Source: Amoeboradix gromovi X-113 (lineage: Eukaryota > Fungi > Sanchytriomycota). From it: a DNA stretch of 13,549 bases. The stretch's first letter is position 1, and every line of letters starts with the position of its first letter. The notes beneath the pieces were generated by a model that searched no databases, was not told the DNA's origin, and was given only the letters and a program-made list of their open reading frames with translations. Position numbers and translations under genes: made by a program. This document shows, one piece after another, positions 6,799 through 13,549 of the stretch. The DNA lies in contig JADGIF010000232.1 of assembly GCA_018985225.1 (NCBI GenBank), positions 1 to 13,549 of the forward strand, read 5' to 3'.

Positions 6799-9201
6799 AT
6801 GAGTTATCCTCGATATGAACAGGGAAGTAGTTTTGGAGCAGTAGCAGACAGCTTGTGCAATAGTGTTGGATTTAAAAAGTTTATTATTTGTTCTGGAGGT
6901 TATGGTATCAAGATGTACAACTCTAATAGCGGGAATTTTACTGAAAAAGTTTTCAAACAAACAGTGTCTTGCTTAGATATTCACCTCAACAGGTTAGCAA
7001 TTGGATTCCAAAATGGCGATATAGTTGTAATAGAACTTGATCTGAAAGCTTTTAGTGTCAACGAATCTAAAGTTATCTTGCAAGCCTCTAATCACTCTCA
7101 AGGCGTTAGAGCCATTTCCATTTTTGATGACTACGTATCTTCATCCTCATCGAATGATATTATAGTGCATAGCATCCAGGCGCAGCAAGTCATTGGTCGC
7201 CTACAAGGTCATACTGATTCTGTTACCAAAATGCAGTTTTATAAAAACGCCAACGATGTGTATCTGACTAGTGTAAGCAAAGATACTCTGTTAAAAGTAT
7301 GGTCTTTAGACATATTAGAGTGTCTAGACACTGCAGTGGGTCATCGGGCTGAGATATGGGATACTCGTATTTTGCGTAAGCATTCATCCGAACTTGAGAT
7401 TCTAATCCTGACTGGTGGTAATGATGGTATCAATTTATGGTGCATTGATCTCACCGACATTGGTAGAAAAGAGAAAAGCTGCATTCTTGAATCTTCGGTT
7501 TCTAATAACAAAACAAGTTGTCTGAACGTTTGTGGGTCTTATTTATTTGCAGGCTCGAACCTTAAATGTGTCATTTATGAATTCACAACTAAACGAAAAG
7601 ATTCCAAGCATTCTTTCAAACAGATATCAGAATGTTTTTGTAAATCTCATGTGAAAAGCATAGATTTCTTAACTCTAGCAAGAGATAAAATCAAATATTT
7701 TGCGTCTACAGCAAACAACGCTCTGGAAGTCAAACAGTTTATTGTTGAATCTAAATCTTGTGATTCTCTCATAGTCGCTGATAAAAAGGGGCATAAACAT
7801 GAAATAAGGATTTGTACCCTCTCTCAAGATGATGTCTTTATTGCAACTGCTTCTAAATCTGAGATATGCATATGGAACATTAAAGATAGATCTAACCCTC
7901 AGTTTGTTAGAAATATTGAACTACTTGGCACACGTAGCTTGATATTTGTACCTGGAAACCAATTTATAATTGTAGGAGATGAAAAGGGCAAGTTATACGT
8001 AATTGAAGTGGACAATGACAACATTGAAGAAATATCTGGACATAATTCTGATGTATGGAGAATCGATATGCTTCCTAAACAATCTGGGATTATCACATGC
8101 GGAGATAAGAGACTAAATGTTTATAATTTTAAGATTATACATAGAGAGACGTCAACCAGTGTTCCTTTGTTGCTAAGCCATATCAGCACCGCCGAATTGA
8201 CTACAAATGTATTGTGTTGTGCTTGTAATAATGATTTCATAGCTGTTTCCTTGCTCGACAACACCATCAGGCTGCTATATATAGACTCATTAAAGCCGTA
8301 CCTGGTGCTATACGGTCATAATCTTCCAGCAATTAGCTTGTGTTTTATGAATGAGAAGCTGATTTCTGGCTCTGCAGATAAATCTACGCGAGTTTGGGGT
8401 TTAGATTACGGTGACTGTCGCAAGATCCTTAAAATACACCATGAACGTATATCAGGTGTTGCAGAATTAAAGCATGATGGCTATTTGGCAAGCAGTGAGG
8501 GTCCTGTTCAAACTTGCATTAGCTGTGATAGAAAGGGCAACATCTATTACTGGGACACACAATCTTTTCAAATAGTACAGAGATTCAAATCTCACCGCGG
8601 CGATATAACTAGTATAGCCAGTGCAAATCATGGAGATTGGTTTATTTCCACTGGAAAAGATAGGTTAATAACATTTTGGAATAGAACAGATGACGAGGTA
8701 TTTTTGCAGGAAGAATTTGACAAGCAAATGGATGACAATGTTGAACTAGAACTAGTTATGAATGCATGTGATGGAAAAGCAGATAGATCAATAACAGCAA
8801 TAAAAGCCGGAGAGAGATTGTTGAATGCTATAGAACTTTGTGCTCCTGGATACAACGAGTCCATCTTCAAGTCTTTAAGAAAGACACCTCACGAATACTT
8901 GTTGGCTGAGTTTGAGAAGTGCAAACTACCTGATCTAGAATCTGCACTTACATTACTAAAATATGAACATGTGGCTGTATTGTTTACATTCTTGGAGGAC
9001 TGTTTAGACAAAGAGTGGAACATTATATTAGTAGCAAGAGTTTTAATATTTTTAGTCCAGTTGTACCAAAAACAATTATCGAATTTCAAAAATATGGCTA
9101 CAACTTTGGATAGGTTGTCAGATAAGCTGCAAAAAAACCTATCCATTCATAGAGACATTGTTGGAATGAATCTGGCAGTGTTATCAGTAAAGCAGAAATA
9201 A
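6799..9201 (+). CDS. UTP12: U3 snoRNP / SSU processome WD40 protein Utp12 (Dip2/WDR3)
   Basis: N-terminal MSYPRYEQGSSFGAV resembles the Dip2 start. It has many WD40 repeats, the LYGHNLP and ISGSADKSTRVWGLDYGDCRK motifs, AGERLLNAIEL and a C-terminal Utp12 domain (DIVGMNLA). An alternative in-frame ATG is at 6772. Confidence 0.93.
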   Translation: MSYPRYEQGSSFGAVADSLCNSVGFKKFIICSGGYGIKMYNSNSGNFTEKVFKQTVSCLDIHLNRLAIGFQNGDIVVIELDLKAFSVNESKVILQASNHSQGVRAISIFDDYVSSSSSNDIIVHSIQAQQVIGRLQGHTDSVTKMQFYKNANDVYLTSVSKDTLLKVWSLDILECLDTAVGHRAEIWDTRILRKHSSELEILILTGGNDGINLWCIDLTDIGRKEKSCILESSVSNNKTSCLNVCGSYLFAGSNLKCVIYEFTTKRKDSKHSFKQISECFCKSHVKSIDFLTLARDKIKYFASTANNALEVKQFIVESKSCDSLIVADKKGHKHEIRICTLSQDDVFIATASKSEICIWNIKDRSNPQFVRNIELLGTRSLIFVPGNQFIIVGDEKGKLYVIEVDNDNIEEISGHNSDVWRIDMLPKQSGIITCGDKRLNVYNFKIIHRETSTSVPLLLSHISTAELTTNVLCCACNNDFIAVSLLDNTIRLLYIDSLKPYLVLYGHNLPAISLCFMNEKLISGSADKSTRVWGLDYGDCRKILKIHHERISGVAELKHDGYLASSEGPVQTCISCDRKGNIYYWDTQSFQIVQRFKSHRGDITSIASANHGDWFISTGKDRLITFWNRTDDEVFLQEEFDKQMDDNVELELVMNACDGKADRSITAIKAGERLLNAIELCAPGYNESIFKSLRKTPHEYLLAEFEKCKLPDLESALTLLKYEHVAVLFTFLEDCLDKEWNIILVARVLIFLVQLYQKQLSNFKNMATTLDRLSDKLQKNLSIHRDIVGMNLAVLSVKQK

Positions 9202-9205
9202 TCAG

Positions 9206-9686
9206 AACTTGCTTTCAATTAAATAAATGATTTATCGTTCGAAGTAGTTACCTTGCGGAATTCTCAAATTGAGCAAAGAAGATTAATTTTCTTTTCATCA
9301 GCTGCAAACAATCTCAGCCAGAATGTTCTCACATAAAAAAATCACCAAGAGATACAGAATGCAGGCTTTTGTGTTCAGAAATAGTCCAAAGTGAGATCAT
9401 GGTCTTTAGAAGAGGAATAGACGTTGGTGGAATGCAATGAAGCGTTAAATAATCAAATTCGTATATGGCGTGGGACATTGAGGGAATCGATTTGGAGAAG
9501 CGTAAACACAAATCTATATATAGAGATTATATGGTAGCAAGGAACATACACTTGTAATAAAATGCATCCACGCTCAATCTCGTCTAAGGCAGTGGTGGTA
9601 TGAGCAACCATTGAACGAGGCGGTTGGCATTTTCAGTTTCTCTTTGGAAACTCTCGATTTTGCCACAAATTAAGTATTTTGAAAAC
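9206..9686 (+). mobile_element. Internally deleted IS607-type TnpA/Fanzor2 element, copy D, filling the UTP12-HEM13 gap
   Basis: Left-end-like motif at 9224-9234; TnpA relic KITKRYRMQAFVFRNS at about 9338-9385; Fanzor2 relic RRG/TLVECNEALNNQIRIWRGTLRES from 9408; YRDYMVARNIHL at about 9519-9554; omega-RNA-like hairpins at 9590-9672. Confidence 0.8.
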
Positions 9687-9692
9687 ATTTTA

Positions 9693-10721
9693 TTAACTAA
9701 CCCACTGTTTTGGTTCTTTCAATACAAGTATAAGATCCTCCGCAAAGTGAGGTGGTTCATGCATGTACTCCCAACTGCTAGTCAATGGTAGGCTCATTAA
9801 AATACTTTCTATTCTAGCACCAGGGGTGTATAGTCCAAACTTAGTTCCACGATCATACACCAAGTTGAATTCAACATACCTGCCTCTGCGGATCTGTTGC
9901 CAGTCTTTTTGCGGTTGAGAAAAATCCATATCTTTGCGTTTTAAGACGATAGGAATGTAAGAAGGTAAAAAAGCATATCCGCAAGCTTTAATAAACTCAA
10001 ATATCTGATCTTTTGGCAAGCCTTTGACTTGAGGCACGGTTTGCAAGTCGGCTAACGGTGCTAAATCGTCTAAAAATATACCGCCAACTCCTCGACACTC
10101 ATTTCTGTGAGGAATATAAAAATATTTGTCACACCAATTCTTAAATGCCGAATAATAAAGAGGGTCATATTTATCGCAAGCTTCCTTTAATTCTTTATGG
10201 AAGTGGATTGCATCTTCCTCGTATAAAATGGAAGGAGTTAAATCAGAGCCACCCCCAAACCAGTAATCTGAAGCATTTGATTCTTCATCAACAATTTCAA
10301 AATACCGATAATTTAAATGAACTGTAGGACAATGAGGGTTCCAAGGATGAAATACCAGAGATATACCTGCAGCAAAAAACTTTACTTTGTCAGCTTTTAT
10401 ATCTTTACCTCTAGACTTCATCTGCATAATAGCTTCCTTTGTCAGTGTCCCTTGTACTACACTAACTCCACATCCAGCCTTTTCGAATACATTTCCTTTT
10501 TGAATAACCATTGTGCGACCGAAGCCGCCTTGCTCTCTTTGCCATTCGTCAACTTTAAATTCAGTTCCATCTATCTCGCTTATTGCACTGCAAATCTTGG
10601 ATTGTAAATCTAACACAAAATCTTCCATTTTATTTCTCATGGAACACATTCTACAAAAACTAGGCACGCTTTTAAAACACGTATGAAAAAAAGAATAATT
10701 CGACGAGCACAAATGGCCCAT
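9693..10721 (-). CDS. HEM13: Oxygen-dependent coproporphyrinogen III oxidase
   Basis: Motifs GNVFEKAG, FFAAGISLVFHPWNPHCPTVHLNYRYFE, WFGGGSDLTP, RGVGGIFLDD, WQQIRRGRYVEFNLVYDRGTKFGL and RIESILMSLP. The true start may be 10649 or 10640. Confidence 0.97.
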   Translation of the reverse strand: MGHLCSSNYSFFHTCFKSVPSFCRMCSMRNKMEDFVLDLQSKICSAISEIDGTEFKVDEWQREQGGFGRTMVIQKGNVFEKAGCGVSVVQGTLTKEAIMQMKSRGKDIKADKVKFFAAGISLVFHPWNPHCPTVHLNYRYFEIVDEESNASDYWFGGGSDLTPSILYEEDAIHFHKELKEACDKYDPLYYSAFKNWCDKYFYIPHRNECRGVGGIFLDDLAPLADLQTVPQVKGLPKDQIFEFIKACGYAFLPSYIPIVLKRKDMDFSQPQKDWQQIRRGRYVEFNLVYDRGTKFGLYTPGARIESILMSLPLTSSWEYMHEPPHFAEDLILVLKEPKQWVS

Positions 10722-10931
10722 ATATCACATGTGCTTTGTAAGACAACTGCTCACTACTTTTCCACTTCCTTACCGTCGGTCTTTCACTGCTACTAGTTGG
10801 CTTGTAACTTAAACATTGTGGTTACGCGCACTAGCATTTAGATCCAGGACTTCATTGCGATGGGTACAGTTTCGTAGCCTTGATATCTAAGAGATCTCTG
10901 AATTACTTATATTTGCCATAGTTATCATGAT

Positions 10932-11310
10932 AACTCGGCAGAAAATGAATTTTATTGAATAAACCATTTATCAAGAGCACATGTCTTTTTATACACTCTT
11001 CTTTTCTAGATACTTCGAATGCGAAAAAACGCGACTTCCTCGCTATTCGTCAATAACAGGTAGTTCTAGATCTTGCAGTTCTGAATATGTCAGGTCTAAT
11101 GAAGGAACTATTAATATCGTATGGACTCATCGACATTAAGAAACTGGTGCAAGAATGGGAAAACTAAATGTTTTTCAACAAAGTGAAATAACGCATTCAG
11201 AGAACACTTGAAGTTACAGGGCAAAGAGACAAAAGACGATAGTTGAATGTATTGAAGCAGTTTCTTGTTTGGAATACTGCGGTGGTCTCTTCTGTCGGGC
11301 TTGTAACTGC
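10932..11310 (+). mobile_element. Doubly deleted IS607-type TnpA/Fanzor2 element, copy E
   Basis: Left end TTGAATAAACCATTTA (10955-10970); TnpA relic SEYVRSNE / YRMDSSTLRNWCKNGKTKCFSTK* (11053-11186); Fanzor2 relic AFREHLKLQGK / KTIVECIEA (11193-11259); decayed right end CAGTTTCTTGTTTGGAATACT...GTCGGGCTTGTAAC. Confidence 0.8.
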
Positions 11311-11960
11311 CACCACTATGGTAATTTAGCTTCTGCTCTCCATCTACATCATTGTATTTCGTATTAGTGGCCGATCTATACTTTAACATAAGCTCTTTAT
11401 AGAGCTACCTTTTCAAGCTTTCCATTGTTAATGTTGATTTTAGTTTAAGTGCAGCCTCATATGACTTGTATAATATACTTTTGAGTATTTTATGATGGGT
11501 CTTGATTATATGATATTTATCTCTTTTTGTTGGATGTTTTGCGACTCTCTATTCTGCTTTCACAGAGAATTTCCCATGTGTTAATTTTTGATGCAATTTC
11601 GTACCAAAATTGGTAGGCCAATCTTACTAGCGCACCTATAAGATCGCTTAGTTTACCTAAGCTGCTGATTAGTATTGTTTGCCTGGTCTTGTCTTTATGT
11701 CTACAGAGTGTATCATAAACTTTTGATTTTATTTTCAAACAAATCTTTTAAAACTTAAAATGATAAGGTATTTAACGGTGCTTGTTCTGAATCTTTGTTC
11801 TTTGCTATACGTTAAACAGATGTGGGATTCCGATGACGATTCATATTTTATTTTACCTACATTTCTAGTTCTGGGACTGGCATTTACAATATTAAAGTGG
11901 TGGGCATTTAACAAGTTTAGACACAATTAGAAAGATAATGAGAGCTTATCAGCTGTGAGT

Positions 11961-12560
11961 TCAGTTAAAATTTATTATATTTGGCCAGGGACGCATGTTA
12001 TAAATATCAGTTCTGGACATGATAAGTTTAATCCATGGGGTCATTTCTGATTCTTGGATCATTTCAATTCTGTTTTTTTTCACCCATACAATTTCTGATA
12101 TTTCTTCTTGATTGAATGGGACATCTTGCGAATCCAACTCTCCAATAAATATATGATCTAATTCATGCTCTCCCCAACCATCTTGTTCTGCCCTGTAAAT
12201 AATTTTGCCCATAAATCTTAAATTAAGCGGTACAATTCCCAGCTCGTCAGTCGATTTTCTGTTTATTGCCTCTTCCATCGTCTCTTCCTGGCCATTTATG
12301 CTCAGAGGATGACTGCAACATGAATTGGTCCACTTCAGAGGCCAGGTTACTTTGTATTTAGATCTTTTTTGCAAAAGCAATCGGTTTTGATGAAATAAAA
12401 ATAGGGAAAAGGCCCGATGTAGTGGCAATTGTCTTTCAAGTGCATGGCAGTTAAACTTGGTATCTGTTCCAATTGAATTGTCATTCTTGTCCACCAATAT
12501 ACAGTGTTCTTCCTTTAAGTATCTCAATTGTTTGAAATTAATCGATACTCTTGGTTTCAT
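11961..12560 (-). CDS. IDI1: Isopentenyl-diphosphate delta-isomerase type I
   Basis: CILVDKND, LHRAFSLFLF, LLLQKRS..KVTWP..WTNSCCSHP, WGEHELDHI and TPW motifs. Confidence 0.96.
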   Translation of the reverse strand: MKPRVSINFKQLRYLKEEHCILVDKNDNSIGTDTKFNCHALERQLPLHRAFSLFLFHQNRLLLQKRSKYKVTWPLKWTNSCCSHPLSINGQEETMEEAINRKSTDELGIVPLNLRFMGKIIYRAEQDGWGEHELDHIFIGELDSQDVPFNQEEISEIVWVKKNRIEMIQESEMTPWIKLIMSRTDIYNMRPWPNIINFN

Positions 12561-13339
12561 GGGATTGAATGAGATACACTTGCGAAATGACTATGAACTT
12601 GAGACACTCCGTTTATATTTGTTATACTTTATTGTGTCCCACATAATTGTACAATAGCAAACAAGTATACATCCGTTGCAATTTTGAATTAATCCCTAAC
12701 CCAATCCAAGTTTGAGGTCACTGAGATTAGATTAATCTAATCCGAGTATATTGATTTAATTAACAAGAACACTGATTTGAAGCTACTTTTTGTAATATCT
12801 GGGTAGTCAAGGACAAAAATCTGTATTTTCAAACGGTAACTGCAGAAAATTGTAGAAAGACATTGTGCTAAGACAAAATTTACTCGAAAAAAAGATGCAT
12901 AGCAGAGTGTAACACTAAATAAATATTTAAATGCATTCATCACCATTCGAAATCAATACGACTGTAACAGTGGAAAGCATCAATTTGGATACACCAAGTA
13001 AAGTTTTTGAAATAGTGGACAAAGCTACTTTACTTTAGAAGAGATCATACACCTTCCAATGGTGATTTAATTGGATCTACTGGCGCCTCTGCAACAGAGA
13101 TTCTCACTAAGCCATATTCCATCAAGTCGCTTCTCAATACGATGGCATCTCTTTGTTTAAAATCATGTATGCAATTTGGTACAACCATATCATGTCCACG
13201 TGTAATAAGTATTTTCAAGCAAGATTTGCCAACAGAGTCCAACGTTATTTGGAATCAGTTAAGTTGCTCTAGTATTCAGATTAACCTGGATTAATCCATA
13301 GAACTGAATTGGTGTTGAGGCTAGAATAATCTAAACTTA

Positions 13340-13549
13340 CATGTGGGACATCAAATATAAAAACTAGACTAACTCGTATTTAAAGATCTTCTATTATACC
13401 AATTTTCTTTCATTACTTTGAATCCCCTCTTCAAATAAAACTAGAAGACCCTACATCTCTTTCAAATATATGAGGTCTTTGAGCATCTAAGCAAAAGGTG
13501 CATTTTCTTAGACGGTACTCTTATCTAGAGCCATTTTGTAATGTTATAC
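13340..13549 (-). mobile_element. Second copy (right arm) of the 35-bp-TIR Fanzor1-like element; truncated by the window edge
   Basis: TA|CATGTGGGACATCAAATATAAAAACTAGACTAACT matches 6071-6105 at 33/35. The reverse complement matches 6312-6428 with about 11 mismatches in about 117 nt by hand count. It has a stop, a frameshift and a deletion of about 40 bp relative to the first copy. Confidence 0.85.

Noticed and set aside
9329-9511. 60-aa minus ORF (and the 92-aa minus ORF at 11111-11389)
   Set aside because: Both are antisense to recognisable TnpA/Fanzor2 relics, which explain the DNA better.
12612-12645. TGTCCCACAT resembling a right TIR end
   Set aside because: A 10-nt core only; further alignment needs a large gap and no partner TIR is seen.
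1-13549. CRISPR array, tRNA/rRNA genes or a prokaryotic origin for the contig
   Set aside because: No regularly spaced repeats or RNA-gene signatures were seen. The SWIRM/SANT protein, Utp12 and a spliceosomal intron show eukaryotic nuclear DNA.

Overview
AT-rich, compact eukaryotic DNA, most like an early-diverging (probably zoosporic) fungus; the taxon is inferred. Five host genes are present: a SWI3/RSC8-family chromatin-remodelling subunit split by a 19-nt GT-AG intron, a LEKR1-like protein, UTP12/DIP2, HEM13 and IDI1. Most intergenic DNA is debris from TnpB/Fanzor-type RNA-guided-nuclease transposons that the ORF track largely misses. (i) Five diverged copies of an IS607-type element (serine-recombinase TnpA + Fanzor2 + omega-RNA right end) lie at about 1-530, 5339-5949, 6561-6753, 9206-9686 and 10932-11310. 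Three of them (B, D, E) were independently deleted down to left end + TnpA helix-turn-helix start + Fanzor2 tail + structured right end. The right ends of B, C and D show compensatory base-pair changes. (ii) A separate element with 35-bp TIRs, TA-flanked at two of three visible ends, carries a Fanzor1-like C-terminus (6071-6565; second copy 13340-13549). (iii) A third TnpB/Fanzor C-terminal relic lies near 5042-5200. All alignments and translations were done by eye, so element boundaries are approximate.
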